Positions 13,831 through 27,812 of a DNA stretch of 64,000 nucleotides are shown here, in pieces. Each line of letters opens with the position of its first letter. Position 1 is the stretch's first letter. The notes under the pieces are model-generated. The model was given only the letters and a program-made list of their open reading frames with translations. It had not been told where the DNA came from and did no database searches. A program made the position numbers and the translations under genes. Source of the stretch: Lytechinus pictus (taxonomy: Eukaryota); assembly GCF_037042905.1 (NCBI RefSeq), contig NC_087256.1:31930001-31994000 (forward strand). The letters run 5' to 3'.

Positions 13831-16076
13831 TAGACGGTCTTGTCTCCCCAATTCCAGATACTGCGCGGTTTCTTCTTTGAAGAATCGAGGAATTGTAGCT
13901 TAATTGCTCATAAGTATTTACGAAGAAAAATACATCATTTTGTGGTAGTTTCCCAATCCAGTCTTGACATTCTTATAACATGACAATTATCTTTCTTCCA
14001 CTGTCTCTCTCATCCCCTCTCTCGTTGCCACTCTCCTCTTTCTGAACCCTTTTGTTTTGTCATACTCATACCTTTACTCTTCCTTTGCGTCGATCTGTCT
14101 CTTTTTTTGTTGTTAATAGAATGTGTGTCATCGGAATTGTATATATTCATTGCTCCAAAGAATACAAATCCTCAAAATTATCTCGATAGGATAAAAATGT
14201 CTTTAAAAAGAAGAATTTAATTTGGTTGAAGATGATGCTATGATTTACTTGATTATTTTAAACAATTTTAATAAAATAACATTTTTTTAAATTCCACATA
14301 AAAATTATCCATTAGCTGTCTCTAAAGCCAGATCTGTTGTTTATAACATCGAAATGTGTGTGTGTAGGGGGTGGATGTGTGTGGGTTATGACAAGGTTAA
14401 GTTTGCAAGTCTTTATTTACTTTTAATATATGTAATGCTTCTCCCGTGAGCTTGTTATATTCAAAATTGTTCATCGAATTGTTTTGTACTTATAAATATG
14501 ATTTATTTATGATGAGTGTGAGCAGAACTTCTGGACAGAGGTGTGTTGTGTGTGTGTGTGTGTGTTGGGGCGGGGGGGGGGGGAAGGGGGAAGATTTTTA
14601 TAATAACTGATTTCATTGTTTTCTTTTAAGATATATATGATTCATGATTATATTAAGTTAGTGAAAAAAAAGTGAAAATATGAAATGTAAAGTATTATAT
14701 GTGATTTGAAATGTTAAATTGAAATGTTATGTAACTATTTGTTCATGAAATCAGAATAAAAACCGTATTAAAAAAAAAAGTGTGTTGTAAAATTTAAATG
14801 TCAATATTCTTTTCGTTATCGTTTTTTCATATCAATAATTTATGTTAATGTTTGTGTAACGATGATTTTTTTTCTCTCTGAACCGGTGGGTGGGGGCGGG
14901 TGTCTCTATAATTTTAAAATCAATTACATAACTATCATATCATTTGCCAATTATGCCATTATGTATACATATTTAATTTGAGATTGTGATATCGATACAT
15001 TGGAAAATTGTTCTTGAAGTCGTGGACCCTATGATGAAGGTGAAATACAAGGGAGAAAAATAGGGCACAAGATATATTCATCCTAATTCTAACCTAAATT
15101 TTATGGATTATTACATCGACTTTTGACAAACCACAATTTAGAAATCTTGTTGCGCTATCACATTCGGAGAATTCTTTTTGCTTTAGAAATGGCAAGAGCT
15201 TCCTTCTCTGTTCTAGAAATTATTATCTTCGTGCAGTCCCTTTCCCTTTTTTTGAGAGAGTACTTTGTCAGCAGATAATTTTTGAAGCAGTTTCACGACT
15301 TTAATATTGTGACAATCAACCTGAAAAGCGTAGAATGTCAAATCTACTTGAGTTTGATTCATGTTTGAAAGCGTTCATGTGCTGTAAATTGGGCAAGAAC
15401 ATCATGAAAATTTACTTTGAGAAGAACAATCTCGCTTCTTCTTCGGTTTCCCCCAATAATTGGCAATAGTCTCATATTCCCGGCATTACTTCTACTTATT
15501 ATCCTGATGAAAGTTTACACGATAAATGTTTCTCAATTCAAATGAAGTGACGCAGTTTTCGTCGAATATAAGTTGAAATAATGTTTGCAATAAGGCGAGC
15601 TTGACAAGGTGCACGCTCAAGTCATTTCAAAGACATTTTTTCTTTACGGAAAAGAATATTTTTTTTTATGAAGAAGTCTGGTTAATTTCTTTTGCCCTTA
15701 ATTCAAATTCGCGTTGATGTTCCGTGTATATTATTCGTGAGTGCTCACAAAGGGCTGTAGATATTTGCATTTTTCGTAAATTTGCAGAAGATCTTAGTTT
15801 GCTTGATTGAGATGCTATATCAAGACAAAAAGATAGGGAAAGAAACTTTACTACCTTGAGATTGAGATGTAATTAAAGGCAACTGCAATCTTGAAAGATC
15901 GAAAAGAACTCAGAGGCTTCGTAAAAGGAGTATTATGAATGTTATTACTCAAATTAAAATTGGAAATGATAAAATATTCTTTCATTCAGATAAACATTCA
16001 CTCAAATAAACACTCATTTTCTTCTATTTTCACAAAATATTTTTCTTCAACACAAATATGAAATGTTATTAAAGAG

Positions 16077-16229
16077 CAGGGGCCGCGGAAGCGGGGGGGG
16101 GGGGGGGGGGGGGGGCTTCAGCCCCCACCTTTTTCCAAAACCGTGTACAAAAAACGTAAAAATGACAATATGATTGTGATTTTTTTTATGGTCAGCCCCC
16201 CCCCTTTGTAAACCGTTCCGCGGCCCCTG
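16077..16229. mobile_element. 153-bp hAT-like MITE with 5-bp TSD
   Basis: Perfect 14-bp TIR CAGGGGCCGCGGAA/TTCCGCGGCCCCTG. TSD AAGAG at 16072-16076 and 16230-16234. Confidence 0.9.
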
Positions 16230-16547
16230 AAGAGAACTACACTTTTCAATACATCTTTGTTAGTAAAATGTTGGTGATTTTCGTTCTTAATTCTTTCAGA
16301 TTTCTTTAACATAAGTTGGCACATGGTCGATGGTTAGAGAACACCAATTAAAATATTTCTGCATAAATTACCGATCTCTCAAGTTTACTTATACATCTTA
16401 TAATGACAATGGCATTGGTAAGACAACGTTTTTCTTTCGATCGATTTAAGATTTAATCGTCATATGGATCTAGAGAGATAGTTAGGAGAGCAAAATCAAT
16501 ACCAACATTGCCATTGTTATGATGAATCAATAGCCGGAATACTGATA

Positions 16548-16760
16548 CACTCTAAAAAAAGTTTACCCAATAGTGGGTAAATTAGAAACGTGCATGTTTG
16601 AAGGGTAAAAATTTACCCAATATTTTGTAAATTTTACGCAATGTTGCGTTGAAAATCAAACATGCATTTCCCCCAATATTGGGGGAAAAAATACCCGGCA
16701 AACATGCATGTTCCCTTTTTACCCAATATTGGGAAATGTTTACTCTCTGTTTTTAGAGTG
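16548..16760. mobile_element. CAC..GTG (EnSpm/CMC-like) MITE
   Basis: TIR CACTCTAAAAA/TTTTTAGAGTG with TA/CA flanks. Repeated internal TTTACCCAATA(T/G)TGGG palindromes. Confidence 0.8.
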
Positions 16761-17934
16761 CAACAGAAATAACAGTTTGTACCTTAATCCACCACCTCCT
16801 CTTCTTCCTTATATTATAAAGAATAGATGAAATAACTTGATAAAGGGTCAATTGGCATGTCTAGTTATTCATCTTATGATATTGTAGTCAGTCAGAGACG
16901 TGTCTGGAAATCCCTTGAGAAAAGGCAAACAATTCTTACCCCCCCCCCCCCCAAAAAAGAGGCCAAATGTCACAGCCATTTCCAAAAGCATTTTTCCAAA
17001 AAATTTCTGGCAACTGAAAAGGCTTTAAAAAAAGGTCAATATTCTTTCAGTTGATAGGACAGGCACTGTGCTCCCTCTCCATCTCAGGTAAGTCAAATGA
17101 GGAACTAAATACAATTTCACTTTAGTTTGTATTAAGTCTTACCAAGTACTTCTCTCCCTCTTACCCCTCTCCCCATCCTCTCTCTATCTCTATCATTGTT
17201 TTCTCTCTTTTCATTGCTACCTCTCGTATTCCTTATATCACCACTCCTCTCCGTCGATTTCTCATGTAATTAGAGGACATTTCTAAAAGATAGCGTTCAT
17301 CTCCCATGTATTTCATTCTTCTTGTTTGATCTAATAGAATTAGAAGGTCTTACCCATTATCCAACCTCTTTGGATAAATGAATAAAGATAATGGAATATT
17401 AATGTATCAAGTGCGCTGACCACATTTATCGTAATTACATGCTTTTCAAAGACAGATTGCTGGATAATCGGATGGTACTTCTCATTGGATGGTACTTTCC
17501 ATTTCTTGCCCCCAAAAATGTTTCAGGCAGGAAATGAAAATGTTTAGCAAGCATTGTCAAGGTCGCTCACATCGTTACTTGAATTTCAGTGCAGGTCTTG
17601 AAATAGTAATTGGGGGAGGGGCAAAAATAAATAAATAAAAGCACAATGGTTTTTATCTCTTAAGGCATGTTACACAGAATAATTGGCAATGTTTGGACAA
17701 AGAATGCAAACAAAAGTTATTCTATTGAGGCAATGAAAGAGTATTTATGGAATCTAAACTATTATAAATGAAAATGGTATATTTGGGTATATGAAAGGGC
17801 CAGAGAGATAGGTAATGAGAGAAAGATAGGGGAAGAAAGAAAGCGAGAACTAAAAGAGAAAAACGGGGAAGGAAAGATAAAATGTCAGAGGTATAGTAAA
17901 TGCTATCAGGAAAAGACAATAAAGCTCTTCACTA

Positions 17935-18085
17935 GATAGGATAGAGAGAGACAGAGAGAGAGAAGGGGGGGGGGTGGAAGAGGGAAGGAGGGACAGAGAG
18001 AGAGAGAGTAGTGATAGAGGAGGGAAAGAAATGGGTGGGTGTGTGTGTGTGTGTGCGTGAGAGAGAGAGAGAGAGAGAGGGGGGA
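17935..18085. repeat. Compound (GA)n/(GT)n/poly-G microsatellite
   Basis: Read directly from the sequence. Confidence 0.9.
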
Positions 18086-18259
18086 TAGAACATGCAGAAT
18101 GGGGGAAATATAATTGGTATTCATCTCGTGATAAAGATTTCACAACAACCCATAATGGTCGCAGTTACAAATGAACACTTGATAAGTTAATATCTGTTGT
18201 GTCTCCAACTAGGTTAAATATAAGACTGAGATGTCCCCAACAAAAACAAGTTGATACAT

Positions 18260-18537
18260 TAATAAAAATGATAACAATAGGCATTTATATAGCGCCATTT
18301 ATCTAGAAATAATCTATTCCGAGGTGCATTGTTATTATTATTGTTATTACCCCAGCTTTAGCTCGAGCCTCCTTCGAGCATTCATTGCATTCAATAAATC
18401 GATCCTTCTGTGCACCCATTCACCTCACCTGGGTCGAGTGCAGCACAATGTGGGTAAACTTCTTGCTGAAGGAAAACACACCATCGCTGGGATTCGAACC
18501 AACGTCCCTCAGACTGAAAGACGAGAGTTGTAACCAC
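18260..18537 (-). mobile_element. tRNA-derived SINE with the same head/core as 161-460 but a different 3' tail
   Basis: Reverse B box GGATTCGAACC, core CCCATTCACCTCACCTGGGTCGAGTGCAGCA and tail GGCATTTATATAGCGCC (plus-strand reading). Confidence 0.88.
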
Positions 18538-19867
18538 CAACATTAAGATATAAATAAGATAAAAAGATGAAATAAAAACTTCAAGAAATAGGCATCCAAA
18601 AACGGCCAGAAAGTAATCACACCGTTCATTATTTTGTACTGCTTGGAATTGAATTTGGACGGAGTTGATGAACACATTGGTCAATAAGAATTAAAAAGTA
18701 GAGGAAAATAAAAAAAAATTAACGAAAAATGACATGAAACTAAAATATCGATAACCTTTTCTTCAAAAGCATTATTGATAAAGATCTTTATTGGTCCTTT
18801 GTACTGATGTATGTCTGATCCCCTTAACTGTAAAACAATTGGGTATCCGTCAAACGTTATCAGTTTAAAGGTAAATGGATTTTCAGATCAAAGATTAAGA
18901 AAATCTTTATATCAAGTTTAGAGCAAGAAATGAAGAAGAAATCAGAATATTGATGGAGGAAGGTAAAAAAAAAAGAATCTACCTCTACTTTTTTCGATTA
19001 TACAATAATCCTAAATTGATCAAAGAACCCGACCGATCATGTGACCCCTTAAAATGGAGAGAGGTAGAAATTTACGCGGGAAAAAACAGGAGCCAAGACG
19101 TGGAAGGTTAGATTCGCAGACGATCAGCAGTGGCTTGTTCGAGAATGATATTGGAACAAAAAATCTTAGCTCGGAACGTTTACAATCACTTAACCGTACC
19201 TTCGATCCAATTTAAGGATGGATTTTAGGCACAAATGGCAAATGATGGGGCTGTCCAATTTATGGGATGTACGCGCATGGGGAAGGGATGATTAAAGCAA
19301 AAGAATAAAGGAATCGAAAATTGGCTGATAGTAGAAAGAGCAAAATCGCCCAGGGGCTCAGCATTATGATGGTTGCTGTGTTTTATAGAAATATATCTTT
19401 ACCCACCTCCTTCTCCTCTACTTTCGTTTGTTTGTCAGTATGCCTGATCCTCTATATTTCCTTACTTGTAATCCAATGTTTGTTGTTATCTTCTGTTGTG
19501 TATATCTATTTTTATGTATATAATCATTATTTTGTTTTATCGTTACCAATTCCTTCCTTCATCTTCATTATTTGTCATTATTAACTTTAAAGAGTATCCT
19601 GCATGGATCCAATTACAATAATGAGTAACGATAATCAACATGCATGTTGATTTGCATCATTTTATTTTATGAAAAGCAATAAAGGAACATGACTCAGTGG
19701 ATCAGTTATGGTTTAACCAGTCACTGAGTATAGTAGACTTCTGACCGAGTAGGTCTATTCTAATCTTTAAAGTTAAAAACTGACGCCATTTTGATTAGGG
19801 GAACTTACTTTTTTGTATAACATTCACTTTAGGTCATTTTTTTCATTGCAATTAGTTGACTCTATTA

Positions 19868-20305
19868 TTGAGAGAATTGCACTGGTTACCTGTCCGGCAA
19901 AGAATCACATTTAAGATCCTAATGATTGTCTTTAAAGGTTATAATGGTCAGGCCCCCTGTTATATCTTAGATCTCTTGAAATGAACATCCCAATCTCATG
20001 ACCATCAACTTCGTAGCTCACAAGATACACTTACACTGCAAGTACACTCACACAAGACTAAAGCAACACTAGGAGATGGAGATTTCTGATGTCAGCCCCA
20101 CGACTATGGAACAAACCTCCCCTCGATATTAGCAATTCAACAACTTTGTATAATTTCAAATTAAAAACCTATCTATTCCAATAGTATGTACAGCATCTAG
20201 CAGTGCAATAGAAGATATGGAAAAAATAGTTTTTTGCGTTATATAAATGCATGTTATTATCATTATTACTATAACTTTATTGTTAATATCATTATTATTA
20301 TTACA
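19868..20305 (+). pseudogene. Decayed L2-clade LINE ORF2 C-terminus and tail
   Basis: Translation LRELHWLPVRQRITFKILMIVFKGYNGQAPCYILDLL..LRSS..TLGD..PRLWN..LKTYLF, interrupted by stops and frameshifts. Tail GCGTTATATAAATGC plus (ATT)n. Confidence 0.9.
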
Positions 20306-23300
20306 AGTTTTCTACAAATTCCAAATTATATATTTGGGTACCACTCAAATTAATCCAGAAAATGCTCATGTTTTCGTTGTAGAGACTGCAAAAAGTTTAA
20401 CCAACCCCATGATTGAAAAGGCTTCCATTTAAAAAAAAATATCACCTTATCGATTATATATATAAAGTTGATTGTATGAGATAATGGTATTACAGTAAGG
20501 ACAATATGTCAGTAAAGGTGTACTGAATCTAATATCATACAAGTAAATGTACCGTGTCACATGTCGCCTATCCCATAAACACCCAGCACATTGAACATCT
20601 TCAGAAATCCCCAATGTTTCGTTATTCACAGTAAAGTGAAAATTTCAAACAACGAATTCGATTGGTTAATAGTAGGAGTAATGCGCAATATGCGCGTGTA
20701 ATAAAGGTCTTAATTGGTTACTGCAATTCTGCAAATCACAAACATTTGGGTTACGGTACGGTACCAGAACATTATTTCTTGCCATTTAGGAACTTGAATT
20801 CTACACACACCCCATTCGACTGTATGTGTGTAAATCAATCAGCTCATACAACTTTTCTGGTTGTTTTTCCCGCCCTGGCGCCTGTATTATCAACCCAAAC
20901 TTTGAGCTTAATACAAACCAATTCACACCCACAGATATAGGCACTTATCGACTCTATCGTCTACTAAAGACAGATCTAAAGCCGCCAACTATACCACTCT
21001 GCGTCAAAGGATATGACCAAATTTGTATTCTAGAAGACATTTTAAAAGAAAAGAAGTCTGCAAATTGGCCAAACAACCGAAGTCATTTTCTCTATTATTA
21101 GGGTATTTGAAAATCAATATGTAGTCTACATTCGCTAGTTCTTGTTCTGTTTTATACACGATGAGAGGGTGAAGGGCATGGATGTCACAGTGCATTATAT
21201 TCCGGTAAATATGACCTTTAGGACAAAATGCAAAAATCATGTTATCATCGGTCTTATTCAGAAAAACCAGTTGCCATCTCGACGTAACATGCATGCATCT
21301 CTTTCAAGCTTTTTTCAAACAAATATTAGTCGTAGTCTTGTATCAAAGTATCTGGCTACTGATTTAGGAGTATACATGTAGCAAAAATAGTCAAATATGA
21401 CTGATCGCCAAACAAAAAGAAAATAGGAAGGAGAATAATTTATTCCTTCCGGTCGTATATACAAAGAGTGATGATTGTTTCATAATTCAAGCGAACTTGA
21501 AACGAATATCTAAAGTGAGGTATGGAATAATGACAGAGATGTTTTTAGATCTTATTCAATAACGGCCATTTGCCGAGAAAACAGTTGTTTGATGCATAAT
21601 ATTTTGATAAAATATTTTTAAAATATAATGATAAAATTTATATCACGTGGGCAGACAAGCTATGAAATAAAAAGCCTAAAATGTCATAACGAATGTCATT
21701 GAACGGGACCGTATATCAATTAGATATTACTTAATATGTAATGTAACATTATAGAAGTTCACGATCATAATCACTCTATGGACATCTTGTTCATATATTA
21801 GCTAAATATATAGTTTCCGAATCTATACTGTGCATTTGATGTTACACCCATTTATATTACAGGCTGCATTTGCATAGGTATATATGCATTGTTACTTTCT
21901 ATTCACATTTATAGAAATTTAGCATTGATCATACTTATTTTATGATTTTAAACTGTTGATAAAAGTAAGTGTAAAAGTAAGTGACCAGTATAGTAAATAT
22001 AAAGATAATATACAAAAAGTTACATATACAGTTATGAATAAGAACATATACATAATATGCATGGTGAAAATCTTACTTGCCTTCTATATTAAAAAGCTTC
22101 AAATATAATCGATTTTAACTTAACAATTTGATGCACTATGTTAACCTTCCAAAATATATTTTATCTTTTTTTATATCGTACATCTTCGCCTATTCATCTG
22201 CGATTATTTCGGGGAACATTTGGTTTCTGTCTGAAATGAAGACTACAGTTGAATCTTGACCCTGAGAAGGGAGATGCACTCTGAATAAAACACCAATAGG
22301 TATGGCTCGTGTCTTATTAATTTCTCGCGCGTTTTCTTCGCGCTCAGATATATGGTAGATAATAGGTGCGGAAATGGCGGTATGGCAGTGATAACCACTG
22401 GGGTGTAGCCAGTCTTAGTTTCTTGTCAAGTATAGGCGAATGAAGGGGGAGAAAAATTGAAGGATTTGGATGGGAGTATTTGGGAATGGTCTATAGGGGG
22501 AGGACCGGTATCTTAACATGGAAAGATAACATGGATAAGGAATAATCATGGCAACGCTGAAGGCACGTTTATGACATATTTGTGAGAAGAGTATTTGATG
22601 TACCATACTAAAAATGTCACCAAAAGGGATTCAACTTGATCTTAATTTGCACTTTGGTTATTCATGTGATGTATCTCTTAATATTTTGTAGAGGTAGAGG
22701 ATATATTATCGTAGTGAGATGTGTAACATTACAGAATAAATTTCCTTAAAGAAGAGAGCATATGTATTTCCTTATCAAAGGATTTACGAAAATTCTAAAT
22801 TGTGTTAATATTTTTTTGCATTATCGATTATCTGGTTAAGAAAATCAATTTGTGAGAACGCGACACAATCTATATTAAAACGTATGAGATGGAAACAATA
22901 CTCTTAAACGTTCAGTAAAAATATGCTCAATATTAAAAGGGAACATATTGGGTAACAAAAAAAAGCACGTTTCAAAGGTAATGTGTCCACAACATTATAT
23001 TAAACTTTCGCAGCTTTAAGCATTGTTTTACCCAACAAACAGGCATGCCTCCTTTTAACGCAATAACTGTTAAATCATTTAACATTATTAATATCGTCAA
23101 TTATTGTAAACTGGCACGTGAATATACGCGAAAATTAGCTCCAGAGAACAAACCTAAAGAGGGGAACTCCAACACCACCTTAAATACCATCATATCTAAA
23201 CATTCTATATTATGGTAACCTAAGATGGAAAGCCCATAACAACCCTTAAACGACACTGAATGTGAAACATGCTATATAGATGGCAACTTAAGAGAATAAA

Positions 23301-23329
23301 ACCCAGAACACCCCCCTCAAACTCCACCC

Positions 23330-23580
23330 AATCTGAAACATGCTGGATGACGCCGTCAAGCGAAAATGGCGCCTATATTGGTTGGGCGGTATCGGGGGGT
23401 TAACGGACAAAACGCCGCATTGATGAATCAATCACAGGGCCATGATAGGGGACCCTACTCCATGTACTCAGGCTCGATTAGGGTACGATGGGGCGCCCCT
23501 ATCTGCTACTTATACCGCTATCACCACCCTAATTTAAAGATAATGAAAGGGGTCAATGGGTCTTGGATCCTCCTACATCA
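23330..23580. promoter_or_regulatory. Candidate cis-regulatory module
   Basis: GC/CpG island with AAAATGGCG (YY1 consensus), two GGCGCC sites, ATTGG and TGATGAAT. Motif-level evidence only. Confidence 0.35.
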
Positions 23581-26500
23581 TGTACATGGAGATGATCATG
23601 TCTTTCAAAAACCCATATTTGGCAGTTTAATTTTTCACACTTCGAGGCTTTGTTTGTAGAAAATTTGATCACTCGTTTGAAATCAGTATATTCATGATCA
23701 TCAGAAAAATAACATGCATCTGAGGATTTGAGAATATGATATCAATAAAATGAACCTCATGAAAAAAAAAGAAATAACAACAAGGCGAAAGATAATGTGA
23801 CTCTGAATGTTTTTATTTTAAAATCTTAGACGAGTTATTTAGTTAAGATTATAAAAGTGGCTTTCTTGAATTTGAAAATTTCCGATTACTAAATTGCATT
23901 AATCAGTAAACAAGCTCCCATAAAAACAACAACTATAAACTTAAGAAAACGGGTAAAGCTATTTAAATCTATTGTCCACAATCGATGACGTTGGACTGCA
24001 TTTATTTAAATAATCTGTGATTATTTTGTTAAAGTGAACTTTTGATTTAAACTATAATGTTTCTGTTCGACATTTTTCATGTCTTCACCCTCTGAACGAG
24101 GAACGTCTGAACACACCCTGACACACGATGTCTCATTTAACGTTATACCTGCGCCGCAAGGTGTGATGGGTATACAATGAAAATTGGCGGGAACATCTTT
24201 TATTGCTTGGGTGCGGTGTCGTCACGTTTTTATGAAGTTATAGATACCTTTCAATTTGTAGAACGATTGGTACTGGCGTTCTCTTATTGCTTGGGCGGTG
24301 ACAAAAACTCAAAGAAACATTGATCGATTTAGAATATTGGGGTTGGTAGGGTTGGTTGACTGGTTTGGGGGCAATCATGGGGTTGTTACCTGAAAAATGA
24401 GAGTATTATTAGAGCCCCTGCCTCCCCCATTAGAGAGCGATTGGCCGCCCATCCACTGCCGCCATATTGACTCATGTAAAAGACGACGTCATAGTGCTCA
24501 TGATGATGATGCGCAGTGGAGGAGTGTGTGCGTTAACTTGTAGAGGTGTGAGCGTATATGATGCGCGCGCATGATGGATGAGTACGGTGCGTGTGTAAGT
24601 GTTTGTGTGATAGTATGTAAGCCTAAAATGTCTAATTGCATAATGAAAGCAGGAAGTAAAGGTGTACGAGGCGAAGTGTGTGTGCATGTTAAGATGTGTA
24701 GCAGGAGGAACGATATATTTGATTGCATAATAAAATAATTAAAATAATCATAACTTTGTTCTTCCAATTATCCACATAATATGTTCATTCAAATTCTAGA
24801 CCTCCATAAATGCCTCGAAACTGAGAGCTTATTCACCTACAGTAAAAACATTCTTTCATATTCTTATGGTTTTGTATATCGCATCATAAACTTAACTGAA
24901 AAATTCATCTATTTCATATTAATTATATAAATTACTTTGCGTAATTTGAAACATTTCAGAACAGAAGCGTGGTTCTATTGAGGAGGGAACAAAGTAACAT
25001 TTTCATTAATCAATTTGTTGAATGCTTCAGAAAATGTGAATACAAGTACACGTAATCTATCTAATACAACCTTTTAAAAATTCAAAAAGATATTTACGGC
25101 CCTTTGTTTTGTTGATAAATTATTTATTCATTGTGATAGTATTGTGAACGAGTGCCGATAAATGGTGATTATCGACCCTTTTCTCCTCAATAAAACCATC
25201 TGTTTGAATACCATCATGGTTATTTACAGAGCGCTAACGGTGGCTTTTTAACTAATCAAATATTGGTTCTTTGTATATTGACGGTATCTCAATTACAGAA
25301 TGATCATCAACGCCTGATTAATATTTATTTTTTTCAATTACTGCCAACAATGCACCACCCTTGATTGACAATATACTCAAGTTACCAACAAATTAGCCAA
25401 GCGATACATAAACATCGTTTTCTTGAAGGCCGAGGCCTATCGCATCAGGTTTGAAATTATGATAAATTATTGATGGATGCCTTTATGTCGTATGGTGATA
25501 ACCGCTATATTATTTCATCATGAATGGAAAATAGCGAGATCATGCCATTCCCACGACCTTGGGATGAGTTCTGAAAATGAGATTCATATTTCAAGGCAAT
25601 GATAAATGGATTTGGACAACAAGAAAATGACGCAGGTCCGGTCCACTTTGATGTTGTTGAGTTAAAATGAAATAATCTTAAAACTTGTAACTGAAAAGAA
25701 CTGATTTATCGATTCATTTACAAAAAAAGAAAACAAAAGTGAGAACATGGATGAAAAATGAACATTGTCATTTTTTCTTTTTATAATTCCTTAAAAGTAA
25801 AAAATTAATTATTGATTTACATTAACATCTCCTGGACAAGTTTGAAGGATTCGGTGGTAATTTACACTGTCATGACTGTATTAAGGGAATTTTAGTTTCT
25901 ATAAATCAACATTGCTCTTCTGATATTTTCTATTCATCAAAAGTATTCGACTTTGTGGCAACGTGAAACGAACCTCTAATGAGGTAATGTCAGAGATTTT
26001 TATGTTTCATAAAGTGTTTTAAAATTACATACGTAGGAACGAAATGAAAAACAGTTTTAGTGTATTCAGGGACGTATTTCAAACGTTGTAGTATGTTGTG
26101 GTATACAATTTACCTTCAAATTGAATGTATGTACATGATAAAATATGAACATTGAAAGAGTTCAACTTCGTTTGAAGCAACTACAAATCATTAAGAAAAC
26201 CATGTTTCAGTTGTCCATACAGTCATTCGTATCCTTATGAATAGATTATCGAAACACCCCTGACAACTACATGTATCATCAAAATCATAGTGACTATATA
26301 ATATATATATACTACGTCTTTTAGTATCCACTGTCTTGGGTGGTTTTTGATAGGTGACGAACGACACGTATTCTATTTTATTTCTTAATGACGATAATTA
26401 TGACCACCTTCTTTGAAATGACTTTGTGTGAATACCTGAATCTATAAGCATACATTGTTTGAAGTTCACATGGATATTTCAAAGGGGTAATACAAATCCG

Positions 26501-26811
26501 AATATGAATACTTCATTGTTGAAATTTAGTAACCATAATACATAATTCCAATGTGAAATATACACTGATATATGTTTATACTAATCAGTTCAAAGGAAAT
26601 TATATCCTAAGTGAAAATTTTAGTTGCATTCTAAGTTCAGAAACCCTGTACTGAATAATTGAGAAGATGAAAATGGGTTGAGTTCGTTCTGGAAATACAT
26701 ACATTTCCATTATCAATTTCACAAAAATAAGTAACAATGACCTTGCGGTTTTAACCGATACTATTCACAAACCTTAGATAAATTTTCTATTCAGATGTAA
26801 ATGCCCACCAT

Positions 26812-26962
26812 GGCCCAGTCTTACAAACACTTGCGATAGATTAAAATCAATCTCAAATCGCTATTAATCTTAATTTGTGTAGCTATAAGATATGAACTTT
26901 CGATCGATCACAATTTGAGTTTGATTCGAATCTATCACCGCTATTGTTTGTAAGGCAGGGAT
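26812..26962. mobile_element. Degenerate Harbinger-like palindromic MITE
   Basis: Ends GGCCCAGTCTTACAAACA and TGTTTGTAAGGCAGGGA. Inner inverted pair GATAGATT/AATCTATC. Confidence 0.65.
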
Positions 26963-26965
26963 CTG

Positions 26966-27121
26966 GGCTTTGTAACACAGAGATCAGCGATCAATCGCTC
27001 AATGAACTGACCAATTAATATCAATGTTACACGCGCATTTGGTTTAAAATACTGACCAGCAACCAATCAGAAGCATTCTTTCATATTTGCAATTCATCGC
27101 TAACCTTTGTGTTACGGGGCC
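26966..27121. mobile_element. Harbinger-like MITE (CWG target) abutting the previous one
   Basis: GTAACACAGAGATCAGCGAT pairs with ATCGCTAACCTTTGTGTTAC. Flanked by CTG and CAG. Confidence 0.7.
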
Positions 27122-27757
27122 CAGGTCTAAGTTCAAATCAAAGCTATACAAAAATACGATCTTTGTGAAAGTACCAGCAAATAATAATTGCCGTAAGGTG
27201 ATCTAAAATGGGATTATAGGAAAGCATTCTGATCCATAAACTATGTAAACAGGGGTATTTAATTGCTATACCTGCTACATCACATATTGCAAAATATAAC
27301 TTCTTCAATAAAGAGAATAATCACATTTAGCTTTGATTTTCTACTTTCACTTGAAAAAATAATGTAAATAAATAATAATAAATGTCAATAGAATCATTTC
27401 CAAAACATTAAAATGATATGATTTTAATCCTTTTGATTTCTATCTGAATACATTTGCGATATATAAGACATTTTGTTCCGAGCGAATTGAATCATCAATT
27501 TATAAAAAGAACACTATACGTGGTAAATCAGTATCTACATTTGAATACATTGTACATTTGAACCAAATACTATCTTTTTTTGAAATTCTCATGGTTGATT
27601 TAGTTGGGCTGCAAAAACTAGATCTTACAAACAGTAGCGATATATTCGAATCAAACTCACGAAGTCTACATTTTGGAAATATTCATGACCTATCCTTGAA
27701 TTAAATAGCAATTTGTTGGTGTAAGATGCATTTTGTTTGAATATCGCGTATAGCGGA

Positions 27758-27812
27758 TAATAGGCATTTATATAGCGCCATCTATCTAGATATATTCTAT
27801 TCCGAGGCGCAC
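27758..27812 (-). repeat. Solo 3' tail of the 18.3-kb SINE or its partner LINE
   Basis: TAGGCATTTATATAGCGCCATCTATCTAGA..CTATTCCGAGGCGC is nearly identical to 18278-18327. Confidence 0.8.

Noticed and set aside
23366-23510. BMP/Smad response element from two GGCGCC sites
   Set aside because: The GTCT partner 5 nt downstream is absent, so it is kept only as a generic candidate regulatory island.
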